The translations under genes and the position numbers were made by a program. Source: a virus. Taken from it: a stretch of 64,000 nt of DNA. The stretch covers positions 2,613 through 66,612 of the IMG/VR virus record IMGVR_UViG_3300032116_000159; one strand, given 5' to 3'. The notes beneath the pieces are model-generated. The model was not told where the DNA came from and did no database searches. It saw only the letters and a program-made list of their open reading frames with translations. Shown one piece after another: positions 38,901 to 48,410 of the stretch; the stretch's first letter is position 1, and every line of letters begins with the position of its first letter.

Positions 38901-40306
38901 TCTCGTTCATGAATTTTAGTCAACGCATTTACATACATATACATCACATCGAAATGCTGACCTATCATATTTACAAACGTGATGTATTCAGAATTGTTCG
39001 CATCCATCAATACGTGTTCAGGTATCGACCACCAAAGACTATTCTGATTTTGTAAATCGTATTCGTTTGCTAATTGATAATTCTCTGTATACCAATTTTT
39101 GACAATACTACTTGTCGATGGATGTAATACGTATTTGTTACCGGTTTCATACTTAGGCCAAGGTGTTACCGATCCTGTAATGTCATGGGTGAATATTGAA
39201 CCTGATTGCTGATAATACATCCATCGTTCAAAAGGATCGAACGCAGATACGAGTGTATCTATTCTTGTTTGCAGTGTATCTTTTGATCTTCTTGAAAATA
39301 CCGATAAATTTTGACCAGGTGAAACTGAATTATTTATAACAGTTATATCATTATTGTATAATTCGATCTGTTCAACTTTTCGCTTGAAATTTGCTAATCG
39401 ATCCGATGCACTACTGTAAAAAATAAAATTTTCATAATCGGTATAGTCGATATTTATTGTAGCCTGTCCTGAACCTGATATTATGTTGTCGATTATTCTT
39501 TGTGCAGTAGGTGCGTTCGCATCTAATAACTGATTCCAACTCTGATACATTGTTGCGTTAGAATCCCACTGGTCGACATCGATATCGAATTTAGGACCGC
39601 GTAATTTATTTAGTACAGGTATATCGGATTCAGTTGTTAATATTACATTATCTATATATGAATCTACCGCTTCGACTCCAAACCACGCACCATCGTATTC
39701 CTCAACTGAATCGGCAAGTTCACCATGTATCTTAACATAAAATACAAGAGGATCTTTCTCGTCGAATCGTATATTTAAAATTCGGTATACATTATTGCCG
39801 CCGAAATTTATCGATAAGAAATTCAGAAGATTTACAAAATTGTAGGAGAATACGTAGTCTCTGAATTGTTGCAGTTGTATTTTATTTTCACCGTCTTTTA
39901 GTACGAGTTTTATTTCGTTACGATCTGGTGAAATTTCATCGATAAATACCGGAGGCTTAAATTCGCTACCAGGTCGGCCGTAAATCGGCACAAAAACATT
40001 TACTGCTAATTTATAAGAACCTTTTCGTATTCCTAAATTACTGAATACTTCACGAGCATCAACAAATAGACTGTTAGAATCTGCATCTAATAACAATCGA
40101 TTATCGTAAATCGATCCTAAATAATCGTTGCCTAATGTATATACGTGTGCTTCTGTAAACAGTGAGCCTTCATTTACTGATTTTATCAGAGTATACAGAT
40201 CCTTCGACTGCAATATTTGATAATCTGTATCAGAATACAGTTCACCATACATTGGCCTGTTAGATGAATTCAGTTTCTCAAAATTTGTAAATCTTTGTAG
40301 GCTCAT
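35951..40306 (-). CDS. Large baseplate wedge-like protein
   Basis: 1451 aa; FVNMIGQHFD, LPYLLKTKGTDRSV..L..IYG pattern of P2 gpI / T4 gp7-like wedge subunits; lies in the baseplate block. Confidence 0.7.
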   Translation of the reverse strand: MSLQRFTNFEKLNSSNRPMYGELYSDTDYQILQSKDLYTLIKSVNEGSLFTEAHVYTLGNDYLGSIYDNRLLLDADSNSLFVDAREVFSNLGIRKGSYKLAVNVFVPIYGRPGSEFKPPVFIDEISPDRNEIKLVLKDGENKIQLQQFRDYVFSYNFVNLLNFLSINFGGNNVYRILNIRFDEKDPLVFYVKIHGELADSVEEYDGAWFGVEAVDSYIDNVILTTESDIPVLNKLRGPKFDIDVDQWDSNATMYQSWNQLLDANAPTAQRIIDNIISGSGQATINIDYTDYENFIFYSSASDRLANFKRKVEQIELYNNDITVINNSVSPGQNLSVFSRRSKDTLQTRIDTLVSAFDPFERWMYYQQSGSIFTHDITGSVTPWPKYETGNKYVLHPSTSSIVKNWYTENYQLANEYDLQNQNSLWWSIPEHVLMDANNSEYITFVNMIGQHFDVMYMYVNALTKIHERDEHPERGASNDLLYYIAKSYGWNLQNARGLSSLWLYKLGTDSTGSFQTSSGLSVLPHERQTQLIWRRIVNNLPYLLKTKGTDRSVKALMSIYGIPQTLLSIKEYGGPGIDSDIPIAIENMFTYKLNVNGNQNNQITIAQELVSASYYGWGNGSWCNATPGQPIVSRTPDTYEFRFSTKQSGSLGAIPLFVKRNATPNFPEPYGLNSVLSLVSALELTGTGSVSGSTEYGKLVYEDFISGDIQYSNWLPVFDGDLWTVRLYNETPISGTILNERVQIAKASDYLYGRVVHESAMSMSGVDYTSQPIDYVYLGGKAGIYYYGPSLTGSIINNYTFTPHDFTTWFSGSLQSYKEYYTIYGNETFRNHVLNPGAYNVDTPSGSFYSLYRYYPLGGDVQRFDHTTHLYLSSSHPDRTKQPTPASMSGFTGNQESQYESINETYYSQVPKVGGIPIRNEKIRIEENSLRYELSPESRGEQSEYDDKPTDTNRLAIVFSTADYLNRDIANHMGFSDLDTWIADPEEEFENEYKTLQHRRNDYFQKFNNKNDLNSFIRILSLYDYTFFEQLKQLVPGRSDLITGILIEPHILDRSKVQISKRPKVTNPQWDRTIVYTVSQSGVFPTYKADIQHEKIASVGYFYETGSVELAEVVDTSYGYIESEIASPFEFETTAKENETGSIRIRDPYETFASGSIIRQIDTMRPNCRYSKKVCYYDAYPLRYSLFRESNIQSGSLQYWVTESYNPPYLVSEETSSYKWDNIVGEYRFKSAFHMPLGTIISQSVTTVKDAKYLIRVFAAPYTSGSVFNFDETGGYNYEHNLLNVSIITSGSPIEYSIYDLDTVKPIVSGSKKWLREYRYYITGSGADTIKFRAGNIFETFPATREGIFLYTAEIHPYLTPWQEGWAKRAYELGDRSHVREGCVLENWYYQIDECSSQNNSRFAGSKLSGPGINIDSPNTVDGGPVVVIQVTSPNNLTLGDRGAEGNLRLE

Positions 40307-40315
40307 TATTGACCA

Positions 40316-41629
40316 TTATTTTTGCTGCGATAAAAATTTTTCTTTTTCAGTTTCAGCTTCGGCTTTCGCCGCTTCAGCTTCGGCTTTTTCGGTTTCTGCT
40401 TGGGCCTTTGCTGCATCTGCTTCGGCTTTCGCCGCTTCCGCTTGTGCCTTTGCTGCTTCTGCTTCCGCTTTTGCAGCATCTGCTTCAGCACGTGTTGCGG
40501 CAATTTCATTATTCATTGTATCAAACTGTGTTTGTGTTTGTTCTTGGAACGTTTGTATAGTTTGACACTGACTTGTTGTCGTATTTGCCAATTGCAAAAA
40601 TGCTTCTGAAAATGTCTCTTGTTGCATACCATCTGTAAATTCTTCAGATCGATCTGGTACGGAATCGCCAGCACCTCCACCAGCACCTCCACCAGCACCT
40701 CCACCAGCACCGCCACCTCCACCAGCACCTCCACCTCCACCGGCACCACTACCGCCACTGCCTGCGCCTCCTCCACCACCGGCACCACCTCCACCACCGG
40801 CACCGCCACCTCCACCAGCACCGCCGCTACTGCCGCCACTGCCTGCGCCACCTCCGCCACCGGCACCGCCTCCTGATGCAGGTCCACTTGAACCATCTTT
40901 ACTTCCACCACCGCCTCCACTACCTTTCGAACCGGCACCTGGTGCTGAACCGCCACCTTTTGCAGATAGACTTCCAGTAGGCATCGATGTCGGTAAATTT
41001 AATGCGATCTCGTTAGCAACTCTTTGTGCATCATCACGTGTAAACCCTTGTTTTATTAATGCGTTTTTGTCAGACTCTCTTAATAAACTTTTAAATTGTG
41101 AAGGTTCCACAACTCGAATATCATCTATCAGTTTGCCCTTTTCTGCAAGTAAAACAACTGCTGTTTTGAAATTCGGTATATCTTTTACTTCACCATCTTC
41201 GATGGTATAATATTTATAGTCTTGCAAATCTTTCACACCTTCACCAGTGACTCTGAAAACTATACCGTCTTCGAGTACAATAGTTTCATCTAAATCTAAT
41301 GCTAAATCTATTGGTGTAAAATATTCGAAACTTGTATTGAATTTATAATCGAAAGAGTCACCGAATACAATTGTCTTTTTCGGTAAAAAATTTATATAGA
41401 CCATATCCTTTTCGACAGGTACAGTATATACACCTTTCGAATTTCTCACTGATAATTTAGATGCGATTGGGTGATTTTTTATAACATCTTCATAATCTTT
41501 ATTCGAATTAGTAAATTTCGAATTCGTGTCATCGTACAGTGAATGTAATATGAATTTAAACTTTTCAGAATCGATTTCTGTCGGATCCGAAAATGCCAGT
41601 TGTCCTTCTAATAAATTAATTTTTATCAT
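40316..41629 (-). CDS. Hypothetical structural protein with poly-Gly linker and AEA/AKA coiled-coil tail
   Basis: GGGGAG repeats ~40670-40960; AEAEAAKAQAEAAK repeats ~40340-40500. Confidence 0.75.
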   Translation of the reverse strand: MIKINLLEGQLAFSDPTEIDSEKFKFILHSLYDDTNSKFTNSNKDYEDVIKNHPIASKLSVRNSKGVYTVPVEKDMVYINFLPKKTIVFGDSFDYKFNTSFEYFTPIDLALDLDETIVLEDGIVFRVTGEGVKDLQDYKYYTIEDGEVKDIPNFKTAVVLLAEKGKLIDDIRVVEPSQFKSLLRESDKNALIKQGFTRDDAQRVANEIALNLPTSMPTGSLSAKGGGSAPGAGSKGSGGGGGSKDGSSGPASGGGAGGGGGAGSGGSSGGAGGGGGAGGGGGAGGGGGAGSGGSGAGGGGGAGGGGGAGGGAGGGAGGGAGDSVPDRSEEFTDGMQQETFSEAFLQLANTTTSQCQTIQTFQEQTQTQFDTMNNEIAATRAEADAAKAEAEAAKAQAEAAKAEADAAKAQAETEKAEAEAAKAEAETEKEKFLSQQK

Positions 41630-42747
41630 CTTTCTACTCTAAAGTTAAAATCGTTATCGATTATAGTTTCGGTGTCATTCGCTGCATCTACAACCTTAAA
41701 TATAATTTTGTAATAACGTACCGGCATAAAATTTGTTAAATCGATATCGACGTAATGACCATTCGCATCCATTTCAACTTTTGTACCGACAGTGTCGAAA
41801 TCGACTATTGGTATTCCTGTAACCGAGTCGACAATTGAATAATATGTCGTCGTTGGAAAACGATATTCAGTGACACTGCGTAAACTTGTTGTATACGACT
41901 TTGATTCGTATTTAGCACGTATAGCAAAACGCATACGTGTTTTTTCATTTACACGGTATACTGATTTGATATTTTTAGCATATACAACTGCCGATTCTGG
42001 TATAGTTGATTTCGAAGCAAATGTACCAGTGTATGTTTCGTATGAATTCCAAAATACTTCTAATTTAGGTAAATGTATTGTATGTGATTCCCTGCCGAAA
42101 AATTTAAGTGAGCCGTATATTGTCGCATCCTCTTCGGCAGATGCAGTGTGCTTTAATATGAGACCGTTATTCGGTATCGTATTCGCCATCCATGCTTTGA
42201 AAATCTTTGTTACGTCCATACGTACATCAGGTTCTTCGAAAGAAAACGATTGACTTGCTGCGTATTGTGGATACCAATTCGCACCACCCTTTTCTGTAGC
42301 ATAATCATGCGAATATGATGAAGAATTCCATTGAGAACCTTGATATCTGCTATCACGATATTTCCAAGAGGCTCCGTTTGTTATTTCAGGTGTATCATTA
42401 TAGTTACCGTTACCATTCACCCAAGATTGTGCAATTGGATACGCATATAGTGTGTATTCAGTATTTAGAGATTTAGCATCACATGCTTTTAGATTGAGAT
42501 AATATTTTGCTGACGCGGTACTGAATTGACCTGCTGATGCTTGGCGTTTCAAATCGGTCAAATCGAATTCCATCAAAATTCGTGAATTATAAGTTGTATC
42601 CCATGTTGCAAATTCGTCTGTGACATCACTATATGATTCACCAGGTGCAAATTTTGTAATTTCAATTATTGCGTCGACACCAGAATTTCTCTCGGGATGT
42701 TTTTCGTAAATTGTGGCATCCTTTTTCGGATATAATACTTTATACAT
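41626..42747 (-). CDS. DNRLRE/CBM96-like domain virion protein
   Basis: KDATIY, SRILMEFDL, W..G.G, MDVT, PNNGLILK, PKLEVFW. Confidence 0.7.
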   Translation of the reverse strand: MYKVLYPKKDATIYEKHPERNSGVDAIIEITKFAPGESYSDVTDEFATWDTTYNSRILMEFDLTDLKRQASAGQFSTASAKYYLNLKACDAKSLNTEYTLYAYPIAQSWVNGNGNYNDTPEITNGASWKYRDSRYQGSQWNSSSYSHDYATEKGGANWYPQYAASQSFSFEEPDVRMDVTKIFKAWMANTIPNNGLILKHTASAEEDATIYGSLKFFGRESHTIHLPKLEVFWNSYETYTGTFASKSTIPESAVVYAKNIKSVYRVNEKTRMRFAIRAKYESKSYTTSLRSVTEYRFPTTTYYSIVDSVTGIPIVDFDTVGTKVEMDANGHYVDIDLTNFMPVRYYKIIFKVVDAANDTETIIDNDFNFRVER

Positions 42748-42760
42748 GAGTTCACCTTAA

Positions 42761-44665
42761 TTATAAATCGATTACACGTCCGACAATGTCGTTCTTAGGA
42801 TATTTTATTTCAAATATACACGGATCTAAACTCGGATAGATTATATTGTTACGTTTCGCAACATTTAAGTCGTAAAGATTTCCACTGTATCCTAATGTTG
42901 TATCATGCAGATTTTTCACAACAAAATTTTCTACACTTTGAACACCTTCAAGTTTATCTAATTCAGTTATAAGATTCGAAAGCATTATCGGTGCGTTTAT
43001 CTGCATATTTTCGTTTGACATCAAAACCATTAATCTTTCGTTACATCGCAATAGCACTTCGTAACTGTTATAACCTGGTCGTGTTAAAATATCATACTCG
43101 ACACCTATATTTATTATGAACGGATCTTTAATATTTATAGCATCTGTCATCAAACGATATTGACGTAAATATTGTCTTAAATTTTCCTTTACGGCCTCGT
43201 TCGAATTTACTAATTGCTTCGAATCATTATAACTTAGTATATATAGATTCAATGCATATGGATTTGGTACGCGTTCAGATGCATTCCATTTACTACTTTG
43301 AAAATCTTGTTCAACATACGCTTTTGCAATTGAACCATAACGATCAGGTAGTGTATAGCAACGTAAAATATAATCTTCTTTTGTAACTGCTCTATTTTGT
43401 GCAGCGAAATTTGCCATTGCCTCTTCACGCATTACGTCTAATGGTCGTTTGTTTATACCACCGTACGCCGGGTGTGGATTGTTTGCAGTGACCGAATCTT
43501 TTACTTCGTTTAGTACATTCAAATCTAAATTATCGATAGTCGATGCGAAATTTATTGTTGGTATTTCAGTAAGTGAATTAGCACGAACATTTCCTAATAG
43601 TCCGTTTGATACCGAATACTTAACCGTCAAGGTCGTATCACTTGGAGCAGACCCGTAGGTTTTAGTATATAGGAAATTAGTTGGGTCAATACTTACATCT
43701 TCAGCTCGTTGGAAATAATCTAAACCGATACCTACGTTTATAGGATTAGGTACAATCTCTTCATCTGCCTCATTCGACAAACCTGCACCGAACTGTATTT
43801 CTAATAAATCATCATTTCGACGTCGTGTGACAAAACGTTTTTCAGTCTGTTTATATGTTAGTAGATACGGTACAGAACTTTTATACTTTGCAAGTTTAGG
43901 ATCGTTATATTCAACATTTCTAACTGGCACCTGTACAAGATCTTGTGCTAAATACGGCACTTCGTACCAGGTATTGCCATCTGAATCTACAACTGAAATA
44001 ATTTCACTTACATTTTCATCTTGTATTACGATCTTATCGTAAATTTTCGCATCGGTGAATTCGAACTGTGCAGTTTTAAGTTCACCTTCAACTGCCTTTG
44101 TACGTTTTTTAAGTAAATAGTATTCTACACTACCATCGTTCAGAACCGAATAAACCGATATATCGGTAGGATCCATACTGCTACTATGTCGAAAATTTAA
44201 AGATTCGACAGTTCTAAACAATCGAACATCTGCTTCACTACGAGCATCGTTACTGATTAAAGTATTCGGATCGATTGTAAGTGCGTATCTAAAATCAGGT
44301 TTAGTATTTTCACCGGAACCGATTGCCGGTATCAGTTGCATAAATTCGATATCGACCTGTGCAGGTACGAGTGACTTCGGTTTATACCCAAGGCCTTGTG
44401 CTAAATTATATAAATTTTTCTGCTCGTTAACTGTATAAAGAAATGACTCTTGTAATTGAACATCTGAATAAAAATTCAGAACATCACCTACATAGGCTGC
44501 CATTTCAATAAACATCATTCCTGGTGAGGACTCATTAAAATCGTTATAGGTATTCGGAAAATAATTTTTAGCATAGTTGATTAGTGAGTTTCTTAAATCA
44601 CCAAAATCACGATTTGTATATTTAACTTCTCGTTTTATTTTATCGCTAATTGACACTTTATTCAT
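42761..44665 (-). CDS. gp6: Baseplate wedge subunit, gp6 / Baseplate J-like
   Basis: RDF..L..YAKNYFP..YNDF.ESSPG, YVGDVLNFY, LGYKP, IQFG, AQNRAVTKEDY. Confidence 0.88.
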   Translation of the reverse strand: MNKVSISDKIKREVKYTNRDFGDLRNSLINYAKNYFPNTYNDFNESSPGMMFIEMAAYVGDVLNFYSDVQLQESFLYTVNEQKNLYNLAQGLGYKPKSLVPAQVDIEFMQLIPAIGSGENTKPDFRYALTIDPNTLISNDARSEADVRLFRTVESLNFRHSSSMDPTDISVYSVLNDGSVEYYLLKKRTKAVEGELKTAQFEFTDAKIYDKIVIQDENVSEIISVVDSDGNTWYEVPYLAQDLVQVPVRNVEYNDPKLAKYKSSVPYLLTYKQTEKRFVTRRRNDDLLEIQFGAGLSNEADEEIVPNPINVGIGLDYFQRAEDVSIDPTNFLYTKTYGSAPSDTTLTVKYSVSNGLLGNVRANSLTEIPTINFASTIDNLDLNVLNEVKDSVTANNPHPAYGGINKRPLDVMREEAMANFAAQNRAVTKEDYILRCYTLPDRYGSIAKAYVEQDFQSSKWNASERVPNPYALNLYILSYNDSKQLVNSNEAVKENLRQYLRQYRLMTDAINIKDPFIINIGVEYDILTRPGYNSYEVLLRCNERLMVLMSNENMQINAPIMLSNLITELDKLEGVQSVENFVVKNLHDTTLGYSGNLYDLNVAKRNNIIYPSLDPCIFEIKYPKNDIVGRVIDL

Positions 44666-45138
44666 TAACTAACCTCTACATTTATTTGCAAATCAGGATT
44701 TCCGAAAAAGGTAACTGTACGATTTGCACCAGATTCAGTTACTTGAAATATTATTGTTATATTTATAGAATTCTCGTCATCACTGAAATTTCCTTGGATA
44801 TTTATATCGTTTACAATTATGTAAGGTAAATATGTAGCCATTTGCTGACGTATCAAAAATTCCAATTGAGAATTTGTACTTGTAGTATTTTGTTCGAATA
44901 TTTTATAGTATAAACCAACACCGTATGCAGGTTGCATATAGCGTTCACCATCTTTTGTAAGTAACAAGTTTATCATATTACTGATAGCCTGTTCTTCCGT
45001 GGTGTACGATAGATTAAATATCGAATCGGAAGGTCCGAAGCGTGAAGAGTTCATTGGCAGTTTAATCGCCAAACTTCCCAATGGTTTTTTATAGTCATCA
45101 GGATAGATTTTACTGTTTATAAAAACTGCACGTGCCAT
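44665..45138 (-). CDS. gp25: Baseplate subunit, gp25-like
   Basis: NMINLLLTKDGERYMQPAYG..L...FEQ, YLPYI. Confidence 0.88.
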   Translation of the reverse strand: MARAVFINSKIYPDDYKKPLGSLAIKLPMNSSRFGPSDSIFNLSYTTEEQAISNMINLLLTKDGERYMQPAYGVGLYYKIFEQNTTSTNSQLEFLIRQQMATYLPYIIVNDINIQGNFSDDENSINITIIFQVTESGANRTVTFFGNPDLQINVEVS

Positions 45139-45141
45139 TTA

Positions 45142-45543
45142 TTAAGTACTCCGCATTTTATTCGAAGATGTACGTTCCATAACATCTAATACACGTTTAA
45201 AATCTGTATTCTGTATTTTATTCATAACACGTGCTACTGGGTCATCCGCATTTGTAAAATTTTCATCTAAAATAGATTTGACATTATTTTCATCCTCTTC
45301 GAACGGTGTAATTTCTTGAAATATTTCAGATAGATACGAACTTTTACTGAATGGTGACCCTGACCCGTTTCCTTTTTTAGGTACTAATTTCGTTTGTGGA
45401 CTGATCGGAACTGATTTCGCATTTTCGTTTAGTAGATTTCGCAGTTCACTTTTAATTTCACGAATTTCGCTTAGGATTTTAGCATTTTCCCTTTTCATTT
45501 CAAGAATCGACTTCACAAGAGTCTTTAATTGTGATTCATTCAT
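45142..45543 (-). CDS. Hypothetical protein with cargo-type leader
   Basis: Late motif at 45563-45572; MNESQLKTLVKSILE and LLNE. Confidence 0.7.
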   Translation of the reverse strand: MNESQLKTLVKSILEMKRENAKILSEIREIKSELRNLLNENAKSVPISPQTKLVPKKGNGSGSPFSKSSYLSEIFQEITPFEEDENNVKSILDENFTNADDPVARVMNKIQNTDFKRVLDVMERTSSNKMRST

Positions 45544-45592
45544 AACGATGTCTTTTTTATTAAATAAATATCAGTGAAGATGGAATTGTAAA

Positions 45593-46657
45593 TTAGACCG
45601 GTTTCTTAAATTTCAGATTCCAATCAACTTTGTGAATTTTTGTTATTTGTGCAACATTTGTAGATGCCGCAGTTGGACCCATTGCAGTTAAATACTGCAT
45701 TTGTGCTGTTGCGAGTTTCCAAAATTCTGCGTATGCTGAATTTATCCAATCCATCAAATCGTCTAAATCAACTTTGTATTTATCGGATTGCAATAACACC
45801 TTTTTTCCAGTAACTACGGATTGTTCCTTTCCGACTAAAAACGCTTTGTTCTTTTTAGCGTTAATAATTACACGGTCCGCATCGATTACTATTTGTGAAC
45901 CACCAGACCAGGTCGGTGCCAATTTTACATCAAGATTTTTCGATGACGCACCTTTAAATTTAAGTAGTTTTTGCGATGTTGTCAAATATATACTTGCAGC
46001 ATCTTTTGATATGTCTTCGATATCGTAACTGTTACCAGATTCTGGTTTTTTTACTTTTATAATCATCAACGGATCGTTCTCCTTTGCACCGGGCCAATAT
46101 GTCAACGAGTTTTTCTCATATATACCAGGACCAGGAGGATACGAAAATCCACCATGACGTGTGAAACGAATCGATTGACCGAAACGCCCTTCCCATAAAT
46201 CGTCTCCTTCAAACGGTTGGAGCATTTTACTTGTACTTGGATTTTTCTTTATAGTATAACCGATTTGTTTGAAATCTGCAATACCAGGAGGTGCAGGACG
46301 GAGTGGATTTTTACCGTTATTTATCGCGTCTCTTTGAAAATTGAAAGGCATTGTCTGTAGTGTGACATCATCGATTACATTTACCAGTGTGAAATAGTAA
46401 AAGTCGACAGTCTTCTGACGGGCGTCGTGTTTTTCAGTTGACATGCCTTTGAAAATAAAAACTTGTTCGCCTACTAAAGGTATTCGTTTATTGAAAAACG
46501 CAGGTGCGGCGTATACATTATCGACTGTATTAAATATACCTTTTTTACCACCAATACGAACTTCGATTGCACCCTTAAATAAACGATTGCCGTTGTCGTC
46601 TTTTTGACCGGTTTTAAATGCTTTCCGTGTATCGATTACTTCTGCGATTTGTAGCAT
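45593..46657 (-). CDS. Baseplate hub/spike protein, gp5-like without lysozyme domain
   Basis: OB-fold-like PLVGEQVFI, EGD...EGRFGQSIRF, beta-repeat QIVIDADRVIINAK. Confidence 0.65.
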   Translation of the reverse strand: MLQIAEVIDTRKAFKTGQKDDNGNRLFKGAIEVRIGGKKGIFNTVDNVYAAPAFFNKRIPLVGEQVFIFKGMSTEKHDARQKTVDFYYFTLVNVIDDVTLQTMPFNFQRDAINNGKNPLRPAPPGIADFKQIGYTIKKNPSTSKMLQPFEGDDLWEGRFGQSIRFTRHGGFSYPPGPGIYEKNSLTYWPGAKENDPLMIIKVKKPESGNSYDIEDISKDAASIYLTTSQKLLKFKGASSKNLDVKLAPTWSGGSQIVIDADRVIINAKKNKAFLVGKEQSVVTGKKVLLQSDKYKVDLDDLMDWINSAYAEFWKLATAQMQYLTAMGPTAASTNVAQITKIHKVDWNLKFKKPV

Positions 46658-47040
46658 TAATTACCGTTTCCCATCTTAACAATTTTACCAGAACCGAATT
46701 CACGTGCGTTCGCTATAATTTCGGCACGCTCTTTTTCACTTAAACCGTATGAACTGTCTTCTTCATTATTAGATGCAGATGTTTTTATAAATCTCTGCAC
46801 GAGTGCTGCTAACTTAATAAGTTGTTCATCATTTTTTACACCGACTTCTAAATACGACGCTAATAACGGAACTAATAACGCAGCATCATCAGTGTCTTTT
46901 ATAAAACCAGATAGTTTCAATATGAGGGATCTTATTTGGTCAGATTTCTCGTTCGAGTTATCATGAATCTGTTTCAGTAGTTCATCAAAGGATTTTCCTT
47001 TGTATACTTCGATTTGTGAAAAGTCTATATTTTTAGACAT
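46657..47040 (-). CDS. Helical hypothetical protein (small terminase possible, unproven)
   Basis: 127 aa, all-helical, VKNDEQLIKLA; TAAGGA SD. Confidence 0.6.
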   Translation of the reverse strand: MSKNIDFSQIEVYKGKSFDELLKQIHDNSNEKSDQIRSLILKLSGFIKDTDDAALLVPLLASYLEVGVKNDEQLIKLAALVQRFIKTSASNNEEDSSYGLSEKERAEIIANAREFGSGKIVKMGNGN

Positions 47041-47048
47041 CGCAATCC

Positions 47049-47342
47049 TTAGGATATATACATATTCAATTCGTAATTACGATTCGGTGTACCGAATACC
47101 TGAATGTGTAGTTGTTTTCTTTGAGGTTTTCCGTTTTTAGTCAATTCGATACTGAATCGATTTGTGTTACCAGGTGAAGGCTTTTTAGGACCTAAACCGA
47201 CTTGCTTTGCGACTTGTTCTTCATCGTATTCGTAGCCTTCGTTTTTCGCATATTCTAAAGCAGTGTCAATAGCACTCGAGTACTGATTATGGTATATTTG
47301 ATAGTCAGATCTTTCAGACAATAGTTTTTTTAAACTTAACAT
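47049..47342 (-). CDS. Hypothetical protein, candidate head cargo
   Basis: Start reassigned to MLSLKKLLSE at 47342; AAGGA SD; late motif at 47357-47366. Confidence 0.7.
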   Translation of the reverse strand: MLSLKKLLSERSDYQIYHNQYSSAIDTALEYAKNEGYEYDEEQVAKQVGLGPKKPSPGNTNRFSIELTKNGKPQRKQLHIQVFGTPNRNYELNMYIS

Positions 47343-47355
47343 GAATATCCTTTTA

Positions 47356-48093
47356 TTATAAATATTTTTTAGCATCAATAAATCCGTGTTTACGGTAATC
47401 TGAAAACATATCTGTAAACAAATCCTTAAAAATACGTACAACTTTTGTTATATGTTGTGTTTCGACACTTGCACGTTCACGCACTAATATGTATAATAGT
47501 TTTTTGTTGTGAATATCGATATCTTCACTATTTCTGAAAATTTCTAATAGTGAATCCGCTATTCTTCTATCGCGTTTCGATTTAAACAGTTTTTCCAAAT
47601 TCTGGTCGCACCAATCACACCATTTTATCATAAAATCACGTAGAGTTTCTTGATAATCAGTCAAAGATATTTCAGTTCCAATATTTCTTTCAGAGTCGAC
47701 AACATCTAATTCGAATCGTGTTTTTGATGCTTCGTACAAAACTTGAGATTTGTGTATCAAAAAGTTTTTGCATACAATTGTGAAATAAGAATATGCTCTT
47801 CCTTTGTCCTCATCGTAACCAGGCATTTTAGTAAACATGAATGCTACCGCATCACGTTGTAGATCAGAAAATGTCGTTTCGTATCTGTGAAATTTCCACG
47901 TGTTAATGATATTTTCGGTTAGTTTCAAAAACGCAGGATATATTGTATTATTGAAAAGTTTACTCTTTTCTATGTTTCCTGTTTTTTCGATTTCGAGTAT
48001 GTTATAACGTATTATAGCATCTTGGACATCTCTACCAAAATATACAGTTCTTTTTTTTGTCGGCTTAGTCGTTTCCAGTACCATCGTTTCCAT
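47356..48093 (-). CDS. Sigma factor, gp55-like (late transcription)
   Basis: YF...AI..YN, YPAFLKLTENII, region-2-like YDEDKGRAYSYFTIVCKNFLI. Confidence 0.75.
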   Translation of the reverse strand: METMVLETTKPTKKRTVYFGRDVQDAIIRYNILEIEKTGNIEKSKLFNNTIYPAFLKLTENIINTWKFHRYETTFSDLQRDAVAFMFTKMPGYDEDKGRAYSYFTIVCKNFLIHKSQVLYEASKTRFELDVVDSERNIGTEISLTDYQETLRDFMIKWCDWCDQNLEKLFKSKRDRRIADSLLEIFRNSEDIDIHNKKLLYILVRERASVETQHITKVVRIFKDLFTDMFSDYRKHGFIDAKKYL

Positions 48094-48409
48094 CTGCTTC
48101 TTGTAATTTATTTTCTAATATTCGCAATTCTTCGACAAGTGTTTCTATTGTTTCTTTTATTGTTTTGAATACAAAACCAACTTCGTCATCCGATTCGAAA
48201 CTGCCTCTACGGTCAACTCGTTTTAAACGATTCAGTATCTGACTATATTTCACTACGAGACTCTGCACCAATAATACGGATCGTTGTTCAACATCACTTG
48301 CTAAATCGATCTGTTTATATAACGCATCGAGTTTTGAATACAGATTAAACACAAAATATAACAATATGCAAATTGTCGATAATAGAATTGCGAATATTAT
48401 TGTTGTCAT
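48065..48409 (-). CDS. Membrane-anchored coiled-coil protein
   Basis: Start reassigned to MTTIIFAILL at 48409; GSFESDDEVGFVF motif. Confidence 0.7.
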   Translation of the reverse strand: MTTIIFAILLSTICILLYFVFNLYSKLDALYKQIDLASDVEQRSVLLVQSLVVKYSQILNRLKRVDRRGSFESDDEVGFVFKTIKETIETLVEELRILENKLQEADGNDGTGND

Positions 48410-48410
48410 T

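Noticed and set aside
40306-40956. Alternate-frame ORFs 40306-40509, 40513-40956 and 40619-40876
   Set aside because: Frame shadows of the Gly and Ala-Glu-Ala repeats in 40316-41629
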